NCBI RefSeq assembly: GCF_025526975.1
Contig: NW_026515691.1
Coordinates: forward strand, 124,001 to 188,000
From: Fimicolochytrium jonesii
Lineage: Eukaryota
DNA: 64,000 nt
Direction of reading: 5' to 3'
The translations under genes were made by a program, and so were the position numbers. The number at the start of each line of letters is the position of its first letter. Position 1 is the stretch's first letter. Under the pieces are notes generated by a model. That model did not search any database. It saw only the letters and a program-made list of their open reading frames with translations, and was not told the origin of the DNA. Positions 24,793 to 36,754 of the stretch are shown here, piece after piece.

Positions 24793-25257
24793 GCGTGCAA
24801 CCTGTTGAATATGGATAAGGACACTTCCAAACGTAAAGTGTGGAAGTTCCCGGTTAGGGGCCACGATCGACGGTTACGCATGGGCAACCGGTAAACTCTC
24901 CCCGCCACCCCTCTCGTTGCGCGAACATGTCTCGATACCCACCCCACGGCAAGCTGGCTGCGAGTCAGTGAAAAGGGAGTGGATCTTTACCTAGCTACGC
25001 TGCCTTTCTTCCCGCAAACTGTCATGTTTGAATATCCCACAATTTTGTGTATCTAAATACGTCATCCGAGTTCAGTCGTTTAGTTTTAAGGTTTCGCGTA
25101 AAAACACGCTGAGGCCCGCATACCAAAATGTTTGGAGGGCATTGCTGACCCATAGCTCTCCACAAGTCCTGGGCCTACATATGTATTGCATTCGCTTGCA
25201 CCAGATCCTTAAAACCTCTTCTCCAGCTCACTCCAATTCAGTCTGGAAACCTGCGAA

Positions 25258-26727
25258 ATGGGAGACCATCACTCCGACGCCAGCACAACCGTCGCTAGAT
25301 CTGGAAAGATACCCGTGATTGCATTTTACAACACCAGTTCAGGCTCTCAGCGTGCGGAGTCGTTCTCACGTCTGCAAAACCCGGTCGAGCTATCAGATGA
25401 CCTTCAACTCTGGTGCTATGATCTGAGGGACAAGGAGCGATTTGTTAAAGGGGTCAGCCACGTGCAGCAAGTGGTCGAGGTTGCGCAAGAGCCTCGGCAT
25501 GGGAGTGAGCAGCAGGGAAGGCCGAAGTGTATTGTGCTGAGTTGCGGAGGGGATGGTACGATCCCGGCCGTAGTAGCCGCTCTGCACGCCCGATCCGTCC
25601 CCGTCTTCAACAACTCTCAAGTCGTCTTCGGCGTTCTTCCTTTCGGAACGGCGAACATCTTGTCCCGCTTCTTAGGCTGGGGAACGACAATGGACAAAAC
25701 TTTCGCGGATGATCTGGCAGGGCTTATTGGGAGACTGGCGAGCGCGCCGGTAGCGATGGTAGATGTGATGGAGGTCACGGTCGTTGGCGCGCGGGATCCG
25801 GAGTTCAGCGACAAAGGAAGAAAAGAGAAAGGATCCCAAAAGAAGGATCATGACAAGTCCCGAAGTAGTGGGGAGGAGCAGGATGATGTTGAGGAGAAAC
25901 GGTTCATGATGCTGCAGGCCTGCATTGGCTTTGAAGCGCGGTTGGCGAGGTTTGTTGAGAAGCATAGGACGAGCAATCGGCTATGTAATATGTTCGTCTC
26001 GAGTATGAACGTCATCCGGGTATGTCGGCACATCGACCTGATCACTGATGTAGAGGGAACACCACCTCATCTTCCATTCCCACCTCAACAGCAACTCATT
26101 GTTCCTCACCCACACATCGAACGAGTCATCAAGTCGATTCAGTCTCCATCCCCCGGCTGGCGACCACACATAATCGCCTCCCACCCCTGCGTGCAGCTCA
26201 ACATCCAGAACATCCCCGCGGCGGCCAACAAAGACCATTCCCTCTGGAACTCGAACTCCAGCGAGGACATTGACGAGAACAAGGAGAACGATAACCTGTG
26301 CCCGCAGAAAGTTGACGATGGGCAGTGCGAGGTGTTCGTTTACCCTTGCAAGCATCGGTACTTGTTGAATAACTTGCACGCCGCTTTGGGAGTCAGCAGT
26401 GATGTCGACGCCCTTGGGCAGGTGAAGCTGCCGATCAACGTCGAGTTTGATACGAGCAAGAAGGTTTGAATCGGACATCTGCTCGATCAGGCTAGGATGA
26501 GGATGATGGTAGAGCGATGTTACTGACCCTCTCTCATCGTGTAGCTATTGAGCGAAACCTACATTTTCATCGATGGCGAACACATCCCTCTGAAACGACC
26601 ACGGTCCCTCTCGGTTCGCTCGCCCGGTCGTGTAGCTTTTGCTATCCACCCAGATAACGTTGACAAGATCAAGGATTTCATATCTGCGCGGGATAATCTG
26701 AGGGATAGCGCTATTTCACTTGTCTGA
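25258..26727 (+). CDS. Diacylglycerol kinase-like protein (catalytic + accessory domains only)
   Basis: FYNTSSGS, SCGGDGTI, VLPFGTANILSRFLGWG, IGFEARLA, QKVDDGQCEVF; last exon IFIDGEH ending TGA 26727. Confidence 0.8.
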
Positions 26728-27019
26728 AAAAACTCATGTCCGGACCCGTGTATACCCACGTCTTGCAGCATCGGGTCGGGATTGCAATCTTTCTTCTAGC
26801 GTGCATAGCGCTGATATCATGAGTATCCATTCATTGTGACATCGACTCGCAGAGATCGCTGGCATGTCTCATACCCTCATTTTGAGGCTGCAACTTGTTT
26901 GGTTGAGGCGGATGAGGCGGAAACCAAACTGTGTTTAGCGATTCCCATAAGTTGAGTTTGGTGCGCTAGATTACTCTGCCTATGGTTTTATGAAAGCTGT
27001 CAGACCGCTTATAGCTGAA

Positions 27020-28340
27020 TTATATATGGATGTCCTCGTCGGCGGGATTTGCCCATGAGCTCCTTTCAATTTCTGCATCACCCGCAGCCTCCATGTTCTT
27101 CTGCGCGCCGTTCTTGCTTTTCCGCTGAGAAGTGTTCTTTGTACTTGTACTTCCTGCATAGGTGTTGTCGTTTTGCCCAGGATCGCTCATGGCCTCACCG
27201 ATGGCCCGTACGCGGGCCATATCCGTTATCAGCAGGTATGGTTTCAAATACAGGGCTTTCAGAGCCCAGAGCACCGTAGCCATGAGCGATAAATCGTCGT
27301 TCCCCGGGTAGTTGTTTGCGGTGGCTGCGAGGACATCGTAGAGGAGGAAAAGCGCCATTCGCAACATATGTCCAATAATGAAATGAAGGTGATCTTTTGC
27401 GTTGCTGTGTGCTGCGGTTTCGTAGAGCCTGCAGTTGAACCATGTGGGTATGAACTGTTAGTGGAATGAACCGATCAATCACCGTGGTTTACCACGTCTT
27501 GGGAACTCACGCTTTAGCTGTGTATGCGCCGATCGCCACATCCAGGAGAAATCCATAGACTGTTCGCAGTCGGCAAAAATACGTATGAGTCATGCACGCT
27601 TGTATACGTGCGAACTAGGTCCGAACTCACCCCACTCGACGTTGACCATTGTCATATTGTAAACGGCATTCTCGTCGACTAGAGAGTTGAAGTATTTCGC
27701 CCCCGGGATGATCTCTAAAAGTGGGAGTGTGTATGAGTTTCTTGCCAGGGTAGGGTGTAAGCACGCATACATACCGTTCGCCAAGGTGATGGGGAATTGG
27801 AGGAACACTGCACATGTAAATATCTGGACGAGCCTCGGGCGAGCAGTCCGTCTCAGTGCTTGCTCGATCCGGCAGAAATTGAGGTATACTGCCAATTGCG
27901 CTTGCGATGTGAATATCAGGGCTCGGACTGCATAATATAAAATGCTCCCGGGTACCGTGAAGTACAACTTAACGGTGTTCCCTGGAGAAACAGAGGGAAA
28001 CTATTCGTAACGCAGGAAACAGTTTTAACAAGCGTAGACCCTTTTCCTCACCTAAGATGACATGTATGGCGTTGCAGACGTTCGCAATGACCGCCGCAAA
28101 AAAAACTTGTTTCGTTTTCCTGTCCTTCACAGCCAGCACGCGATCTGCAAGCATTGCCAGCATGTAAACGTGTAGCAGGATTGTACAGAATTGGGTCGAA
28201 ATGTAGGTCGTTACGCCAAATGCGTATTTTTCCCACGAGACGGCCATATTATAGTCGTATTCGGTCAGACATGACTCGGTGGGCGTGGCGCTGGGCAAGG
28301 AGGTGGGATCCTCCGTGGGACTGGCAGTCGTATCGCTCAT
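27020..28340 (-). CDS. Orphan seven-transmembrane (GPCR-like) protein, 4 exons
   Basis: Exons splice in frame. S/T-rich N-terminus, about seven hydrophobic segments (TQFCTILLHVYMLAML; VFFAAVIANVCNAIHVIL; ILYYAVRALIF..LAVYLNF; IFTCAVFLQFPITLA; VYGFLLDVAIGAY; HFIIGHMLRMALFLLY; LMATVLWALKALYLKPYLLI) and a hydrophilic tail. Confidence 0.7.
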
Positions 28341-28747
28341 GTTGACTTTATGCGGGCGACTGGGGGCTTTCTTTGGCGGCGATAGTCTCGGCCGGCTGGT
28401 GGAGATGCCTGAAAGCCTGTGATATCTGTGATAATCACAAGAGGCGCTTCTACGTCTTGGCGGCGTTTATCTTACTTGTGAGCTGTTACAAAGACGCAGC
28501 CGGTGATGACGATGGTGTGGATGACTGATACTCGGTAGAGATCGATGGATATGAGAGCAGATGTACAGCAGAGCTAGAACGACCGGGCGGAGATGGTTTA
28601 CGCGCTGTCGAATTCACGTTGTTCGACCACTGCAGAACACGCCCCCCATGAGAGTCGACCATGAGTTGCAGGTCTTCAGGGTACAAATAGTTGCTTTTTC
28701 CACCGGATGCGTCGCCGTCCGACCGCTCTCACTCCTACGGTCCTCCT

Positions 28748-30337
28748 ATGTCCTTTTCGAACCACCACCCGCCACCGTCTACCACTGGCTCGCTTCACTC
28801 CCTCCTACGCGCCCGCGAATCCCGCTCAACAACCTCAGCGCGATCCATATTTATTCCCCAACTGACGCTTCCGCTCCGCCTATCTTCAACGGCTTTCTGG
28901 AACCTCGATGTGCATAAGTCTAGAGCGATTGCGAGGGACGAGGCGGGCGGTGCAGGAGGGAGCGCATCGGCTGCGAGAAGAAGATGCGCGCCGGTGAATG
29001 CGCTGCAGGTGGATCATGTGGAGAGCCGCTTTCTGTTGACAGGCAGCGCGGATTTCACCGTACATCTGTACGATTTGGAAGCAAGTCCAAATGATCGGCT
29101 CGCTGGAAGAGACGGCGGACGTGGGAATCGGGTGAATACACGTAGTGAGCGAACATTGAACGGACAAATACCTGCATTACAAACCAACAACGGCGTTATA
29201 GTATCCCGGCCCATTGCAACGCTTGAGCGCACGCGTGCCCATACCTTTGCGGTCACTTCCGTGCAATGGTATCCCACGGACACGGGTCTCTTCATTACTG
29301 GCTCAATGGATAGCACCGTCAAAGTATGGGATACGAACGCCATGCAAAGCGTCTGCACATTTGATATCGAACAGCGTGTCTATGCGACAGACATGTCGAT
29401 GATTAGCACGACGCACAATCTGATTGCCACTGGCACGTCTGACCAGAACGTGCGCCTGTGTGATCTGCGTACGGGCGCTTTCACTCACTCGCTGCAAGGG
29501 CATCGTGGAAAAGTCATGGCGGTGCGCTGGTCACCGAGAGATGAGTTTTTGGTTGCCTCCGGAGGGTGCGTCGCTTGTTTGAAAGTTTAAGTCGTTCATT
29601 ATTGCAAGAGAACCTCTAAGCTGATTCTCGCTTATTATTATCACAGATCCGATCACACAGTCCGGTTGTGGGACGTTCGCAAAGCCCACCCACATCTCAT
29701 GACACTCGATCAACACGTAACCCTCGACTCATTCAACATCCTGACCCCCTCAGGCAACATAGGCGTTGACCGCAACCCCGCCGCCCCCGACCTCGCCCGA
29801 CAACGCGGGACAACATCTCACAACGGCCCCGTGAACGGCCTCACCTTTACCTCCGATGGCCTCAACCTGCTCTCCACATCGCATGACGAGACCCCGCGGC
29901 TCTGGGACGTTCTGCTGGGTTGTAACACGCTTACCAACTACGGACCCTACATCCGAAACCAGGTCGACCAGAACCTCTCACCGGCCATTACACCCCTTGG
30001 AGACTGCGACCCGCCGTTGGTGTTTCACCCAACCGACAATCGGATGACGTGTGTCATGGAAATGAGGACTGGAGCCCTCGCTTTCCAGTTGAAGGGTCAT
30101 AGCGCGAGAGTTGCTTGTGTCGGGTTTCGAAGGCCGAGGGCTGGCGGTGTGGAGCCAAATGTGGAAGGGGATATTGGTGACGGCAGCAACACGCCCGTTC
30201 ACTCCGAAGTGTTCACTGGCGGATATGATGGAAATGTTGTGTGGTGGGCTCCTGGGAAAGTCATACCGGATGGGGCCTTTGAAGACACGGACGGTGAAGG
30301 ATCAAGCGAGGCGTCTATTGCGGCTCGTCTGGGATGA
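28748..30337 (+). CDS. ERCC8: DNA excision repair WD40 protein ERCC8/CSA (Rad28/Ckn1), 2 exons
   Basis: VESRFLLTGSAD, HTFAVTSVQWYPTDTGLFITGSMD, LCDLRTGAFTHSLQGH, VRWSPRDEFLVASGG, RLWDVRKA, HNGPVNGLTFTSDG, NTLTNYG. Confidence 0.92.
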
Positions 30338-31883
30338 TGAAGATCGTTGTGCCGATCGCGTTCCCTACTCTCCGGCACGACGGTTGCAATGGCGCCCACA
30401 CTCTTGTCCGTCTAAATGAGGATATTAGCGCCTTTGGAACACCGATGTCTTGGTTCCGAATGCCGATCAGGACGATTTGTCGGCACCTGGAAGCGTTCAA
30501 AGCGCAATCGTCGCTGCCATTGTCCGACTCGAACAGAGACGCATCTGCACAAGCATATACGCTGGAAATGGGACAAGGGTTGCTAGTACATGCACCGGAG
30601 CAGCACCTTCGAAGCATAACAACAAGCCATTACGACGATAAATTACAGGGCCCTCGCAGTGACGGAGTCCACTGACCGCCACCTTCACCTCCATGGCGGT
30701 GCTGAGAAACAAACCAAGACCCGGCTGGAAACCTGAAAAATGTCGTTAACCCTCAAGGATATCCAGAGTGAAACTCCGTGGACACCGGTACTCTTTTATC
30801 CGAGTCGCTACCCAAACCCCTATCCCCAACACCGAAGCCCGTTAAGGAACGAGCAAGTCGTAGCTCACAAGGCAACTCGACACAATAGAACGAGAGAACA
30901 CTCTAGTGCCAAATCAACGAGCCAGTCGCCAACCACAGTCACATAGGAACGCGGCTTCGTTTGGCACTTGGCGATCTGAGCAGGAACGAGCTGGAACAGT
31001 TCCGATAGATGGAATGCTAAGAGTTTGCCGGACGTTGCGATTGCTGGGGAAGCGCGAGATACTGTTGTTTCGGAGCAAGACGCGGATCAATGTCGATTAC
31101 GATGTTCAAGACGAGTATCTCGCTCTGGATTACGACGTATTTGACGTGAAGCATATGCTTACGAGTGCCTGCACCACGCCGATTGGTTCAGAGCTTGTAT
31201 GCTCAATTTTTTACAGTCGCGTCGAAGAGGGGCATGGGATTGCGGTCGGAGATTGCGTAGCACGACTCGACAGATCCAATGCAGAGAGTGTTTCCAAAAG
31301 CACCACCTTTACCGGGTGTGAGGTCCACTGTCTTGCTGGCAGGGTCCGCCGCGCCATGATGATATATCCTGTCTGGCTCATCTCAGCAGCGAGTATCTAC
31401 CCTATCCTGTACGACATCATGGATTTTTGACTCGACTGAAGGAGAGCCTGAGCGAACAGTACCTCGAAATCAGGAGATTTTTCGCGGAGGAGCTTGCACC
31501 CTTACATTGTTCATCGAAGTGCTTTGAGGAAAGAAGGACGTCGAAACGTGACAGTTGCGGAAGAAGCGCACCCGTCTTCTGGAACTGGTACTGTTTACGG
31601 CTTGATGTACACTGGCCATCTCGTTGCAACGATCCTTGCTGGGGCTGACACCAGATGTATCAACATCCGTTCTTTGCACACACTGCTACGTTTCAATTAC
31701 ACGACGGAGAATTAAACGTCCTCAATTCGAACTCTGATGTCCCTAAAGTATCAGTGCTCTGGCGCCATGCCAGATTTCTACCTCTATCCCTTGCTGCTAA
31801 CTTCAATCACGTAATCATCCCTTTATATGAACCACACACTCCCACGACACGAAGCTTCTCCCGCAAGATCAGGCGCAATTTGC

Positions 31884-32400
31884 CTAAGCGGTAATTTCAG
31901 CACTAGGCTTCTCCTTGATCTCCTCTTCCGTTTCTAGACCCTTGACGATAGCCGGACCCCTTCGCAGCATATTCTTTGGTCCTTGAGGCACAAACCCAAG
32001 ATGCATATACACCGGCCTGGCCTGAGGCGCAGATTCGAGGTACATAGGCGTCACAGGATCCGTCGAATCCGCCTGCTCAATGGCCCAGTTCAGCAACAAC
32101 GTCCCCACCCCTCTCCCTTGATACTTTGGCAACGTCAACAGCGGCGCCAGATACCAGTGCGGCTCATCGCCCATAACCTGCTTCCTAATCGCATCATCTT
32201 CTGCAAACGTCCCATTCCAAGCCTGATCGCTAACATGCGCCCACATCTCATCAATCTCCTCGTCCGACCAGCCCATCGTCTCTTTCCAGCCATAGTGGTC
32301 AACGGCGCTGCGACGGAAGATACTGTGGATGCCTGGGTTTCCCGGGCCCTGCCAGCCGGCTACACCGATGAGTTCGCCCGTTGAGAGTCGCGGACTGCCT
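31884..32400 (-). pseudogene. GNAT acetyltransferase fragment, 5'-truncated and frameshifted
   Basis: TGELIGVAGW...HWYLAPLLTLPKYQGRGVGTLLLNWAIEQAD..PMYLESAPQARPVYMHLGF (motifs A and B). Upstream in-frame TGA, with AVRDS in an adjacent frame. N-terminal strands not found. Confidence 0.7.
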
Positions 32401-32687
32401 CAAGACCGACGGATCTTTCCTACAACGTTTACTGTGAGCAGATGAGACAAATTGCTTGTACATAGGGCTATCCAAGGAACTTTCTCATAACAAAATGCCT
32501 CCATGTCTAAAGACACGCAAAAAAAATATTAAGTAGTTCCACACCACCGCCCTAGTCCTTTTCTCCCCGTGACCAAATGACTGTAGTTCTCCGGATGTCC
32601 ATCACGGCAACCCATCCAAAACCAGGCCCCCAACGTCCATATCCAGCCATCAACGTACGCGAGCTCACACATGCGCCCAATCCACCC

Positions 32688-34287
32688 TCAGATAACCCGC
32701 GTCTTCTTCTTGGGGGGTGAAGCAAGGCCTTCCGCGCGTGGGTTGCTGCTGCTTTTCTCGTATGCCAGGCTACATGTCGGGCACATCCAGCCGCCAGCGG
32801 GTGGCGCGGATAGGCCGACGCATTCGAGGTGATACCATTCGTGTTCGCAGTCCTGTGGGTTGGTGAGTGGCAGATGATGGTTGTGCAATAGAAAGCGTTT
32901 GTCGTAAGGTGTTCAGGATGGGGCACATGGGTGAAGGCACGGTGGTCGTTCGTGTGGTGTGTGTTGTCGAGGAAGGGATGTCGGATATATGAAGTAAGGA
33001 GGGGGTAATTGTGTGAAATTAAGCCAACGTCATCACCATTTTCACGATTCGCAGTGCTTCAGGGAGTTTCAGTCGGGGGAAGGCATAATGCTGATGATGA
33101 TGGTTCGCTACGGATATTCTTTCAAACGCAGACTTACGTGGTTATCGCACGCAATCATCTCGCCGAAGGAACCTTGCTGGCAGTAGCAGTAGACTTGGTC
33201 GTCGGAGACATCGGGGGAGGCGCCGCGTAGCCGAGGTGAGAGCGAAGGGCAATCGTTTGAGAGGCTGAAGCTGGGAGATGGAGGGACGGGCGTTAGCAGC
33301 CGGATTTGAGGGTTGCGCGAGGGAAGGAAGATCCGGCAGAGACGCGACTTAAACATACGTTTTTCGCTTTGTGATGCGTTTGTTCAGCGCCGCCGGCCGT
33401 CGACCTGGTCGAGTTTTAATGGATGACGTAGTCGAAAAGACTGCAGCGCCCGGCGCAGACCGCATCAGCAATGCCACAGTCCCGCTCCCAGTCTGTTCTC
33501 GAGAAAAGGATGGCGTCATTTGAGGTCGCATATCAGCTGTTGCGCCTAAAGATGAGGTGCTCCCAATGACACTGGAGCGGCCGCTGCCAGTATTGCTGGC
33601 GGGCGAGTCGGCGCGGTCCAGATCTTCGGAAAGACGCGTAAGGTATCTGTCTATCTGTACGAGGATGCGGGAAGGATATTAGCGATATCCTTCAGAGATC
33701 AACCATGCGTATGCCATCATTGCTACAGCATCTAATCCTCACCAGCTCCTTCGACCGCGCCGCGATCGCCATCTTCTCCTCCGATATCCGCACACAGCGG
33801 TCATACTCTGCCCTGATCTTATCCACCAGCTCCTTCTGGTCGGGGTAATCATCCACCAGCTGCTTTCGTTCGACCTCCGCTAACGACTCGAAGCTGAATC
33901 GGTCCGTATAGCTGCGCGGCTGCATCGAGCTGGAACCGTTTACCGAGGACGCGAGTTGGACCTGCGTGCGTACTATTGCCTCCATGCGCGTAGAGAGATC
34001 GCTCTGCTTGACGCGAATGCTTCGACGGAGGGCTGCAAGTGAGCACTGTAAAGTTCAGGTCGGGATGCGATGCCGACATACGAGAAAAAACCGTCCCATA
34101 CCATCGCACTCCTCATCCTTTGACCGGAGCTCATAGAGGGTGTGCTGGATATCCGCCGGGACATTCTCTATGGCTATTCGGAGACAGAACCAGTGTGAGC
34201 GCTGGCTGCACAGGGCATGAGTTTCGCAATGACCTTCAAATTACCTCCGATGTAGTCCTCCAAATATGTCAGGTAGTCGGTTGTCAT
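32688..34287 (-). CDS. ING family PHD-finger chromatin reader (Yng2/Pho23/ING-like), multi-exon
   Basis: N-terminal [24 protein letters not shown] and [53 protein letters not shown]. Confidence 0.9.
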
Positions 34288-35254
34288 CTCATCCGGAAGA
34301 ACCGCCTCGATGAACACAAGTTGGTTGCGAGGCTCCCTCAAGGGACCTGAGTGAGCCTTTAAATAGAAGGGTGAGCGCCAGCGCCGTTTGCTTGCCGCCG
34401 GGTCTCTCAGACTCTCTCTATCGGATGGCGATGGGAGGCAAGGGTTCAAAGTTGCAAGTGGAGGTCTGCGCAAAGAGGGTCAACGACTCAACGCGTGCAA
34501 CTGCAATTTGCGAACCCATTGACGTGAGCGCTTCCGACTCCCGAGTTCTGAATTTGCTATATATACGTCTTGGCCTTGACAACTTCGATGCAAGGATAGC
34601 AGTGCAACGCAGCCCAGTATTTTTGAGGCCAGTTCATCATAAGCCCAGGGAAGACTGTCTGCTTCACTGGAATCTCAAATAGAAGCGCCATGCAACAAGT
34701 TCCCATTGCTACACTTGCTGAAAGTGCGGTTTCACCATTCAAATGCATGTCGTTGCCCTTTTCAGGCAGTTTGTCTCTCTCTGGCTTGTGAAGACTCCTG
34801 CTTTGGCGGCCGAGGCCGGTTCTTAAGGTAGGTTGAAGTTGACCCGGTTCTCAAGGTTGAAGTTGAACAATACTGTGAAAGGTGAAAGAATGTCAGCGGA
34901 GAGGGGGTGAGATATCGACTGAGACATCCCTCTGGCCCTCTGAGCGGATCGCAGTGGAGAGACCCCGAGAGAGCCGGAATAGTGTTCCGCCAAATCCTGT
35001 CCCCATTCGTGCTGTTCTCCTATGGGATGCCGCTCCGCCAATGCCCGCGGGCCGGTTGGATATTTGGCCGTTCACCAGCGTGCAAAAAAACAACATTTTG
35101 TTGAGTCACGCCTGCGCGTTGGGCCGTCGCACAGCAGATGCCTGGCATCTGCCCATCATCATCAGTCGATATCTCGCTCCTTCTCCGCTGACATTCTCTT
35201 CACCTTGCATCAGCTCACAACCCGCTTCAGAGTCCCTCATACTTACTCAGCACC

Positions 35255-36015
35255 ATGGCCACCGCAGCTGCCGCAACTATCAGAACCGTCGAGTGGAGCG
35301 AGCTCGCTGCCCACAACACCAGGGACGACCTGTGGATAGTCGTTGACGGAAAGGTCTACGACTGCACAAAGTTCTTGGACGAGCATCCTGGAGGCGAGGA
35401 GGTTATCGTCGAGGTCGCCGGTGAGTATTCTCGCTCGCTGGTGTGTCCCATCCTGCCTTACCTTGCCGCTCTGTGAGAAGCGTCCTGCCCTGGGAGCTGG
35501 GCCGGCTGGCGGAAACCCTCGTTCGCAACTCAGTCACCTGTAACTTTGCTAAATTTATCGTTCTCTTTCCTACTTCCCTTTCCCCAGGCCAGGATGCCAG
35601 CGAGGCCTTCGAGGAGATTGGACACTCCGATGACGCACGGCAACTCTTAGAAACTCTTCTCGTCGGACGGTTGCCCGTTTCGGCCAATGTTAGTGTCCAG
35701 GCTTTCCTCAAACTTTACATCTCATTTGTTGTTGGGATCACAAACGGACTGATGTCTTCCCTTATTGACACCTGCAGCCCTACTCCGCAGCTGCTAAAAC
35801 CGCTGCCCATGCTGGAGCAGTCAAGGACGCACTGAAGCCCAAAGCAAAATCTAGCGGAGCGACGTAAGTTGGAGAGAAAGTTTGTTCGGCAGCATGCCAT
35901 TACCGTAACTGATACCTCCTCCCCCCGCAGCACTCTGTTCAGCTTGGTTCCCATCGTTGTTGTCATCGCTTTCGGTGTTTACAAGTACCTGGAGAAGCAG
36001 CACAGCCAGGCTTGA
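35255..36015 (+). CDS. CYB5: Cytochrome b5 with C-terminal membrane anchor, 4 exons
   Basis: DLWIVVDGKVYDCTKFLDEHPGGEEV, GQDASEAFEEIGHSDDAR, TM LVPIVVVIAFGVY. Confidence 0.95.
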
Positions 36016-36754
36016 ATGCCGAGGCGCTCCGCTCTTGGCCGAGGGCGAACGAGCAGTATACCTCCTACCTCCATCACAGTGACATGACACGGCACATCAT
36101 TTCAAAAGCATTATTTACAGAGGACCGGCGTATGGAAATCAGCACATTGGTAGTTCCATAGTATGGGTTTAGAAAGAGGACGTCAAGTAGCGCGATGTTC
36201 TCTACGTTGGATAGATCAGTAGCGCCGAATATGGCCAAGCTTTGTTTGATCCAATCTTATCAGTCAGGATTTGCGTAGTTTGTTATGGGCACTGAACTTC
36301 TGTTGTACAGTACCTACGGCTGTGGCCAAAAGGACGCGTTGGAAAGTCCGAAACTGTCCAGAAATGTCCATGTCCTGCAACTGGGCTTGGGGCTCAAAGT
36401 CCCCACTGCAGCAAACACATCTTGTGCATGCTATTTCAAGCTACCGTTTGCTAGACTCTCGTCTTGCCTTCCAGAGTACTCGCTGCTTGATAAAGTCTTC
36501 TAGCCGCTCTCCTTCGGCGTGGCTGATCATCTGGCCCGTCTTTACCGAGCTCCGCCGATTTATTCTGTTTTTGCTTTCGGTCAAGTCTCCGCAGAAACTT
36601 GCAACTCCAAGCTGTAGAAGGGCAGGGCTTAGGACAAGCTGGTCGAGCATAGCACTCTCAATATACGCCTCTGGTACCGCGTTAGCAACGGAGTTCCCCA
36701 TTTTCCCAGGCTTTAGTACGAGCCCGTTCTGGCCGGGGAGAGGGGAGAGGAACG

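Noticed and set aside
24871..24890. X-box-like imperfect palindrome CGGTTACGCATGGGCAACCG
   Set aside because: Deviates from RFX consensus spacing, lies just 3' of ISU1 and is not adjacent to a ciliary gene.
36271..36750. ORFs between CYB5 and TFC6 (36271..36819 +, 36441..36947 -)
   Set aside because: No motifs or coding-like composition, and they overlap the TFC6 start; treated as intergenic.
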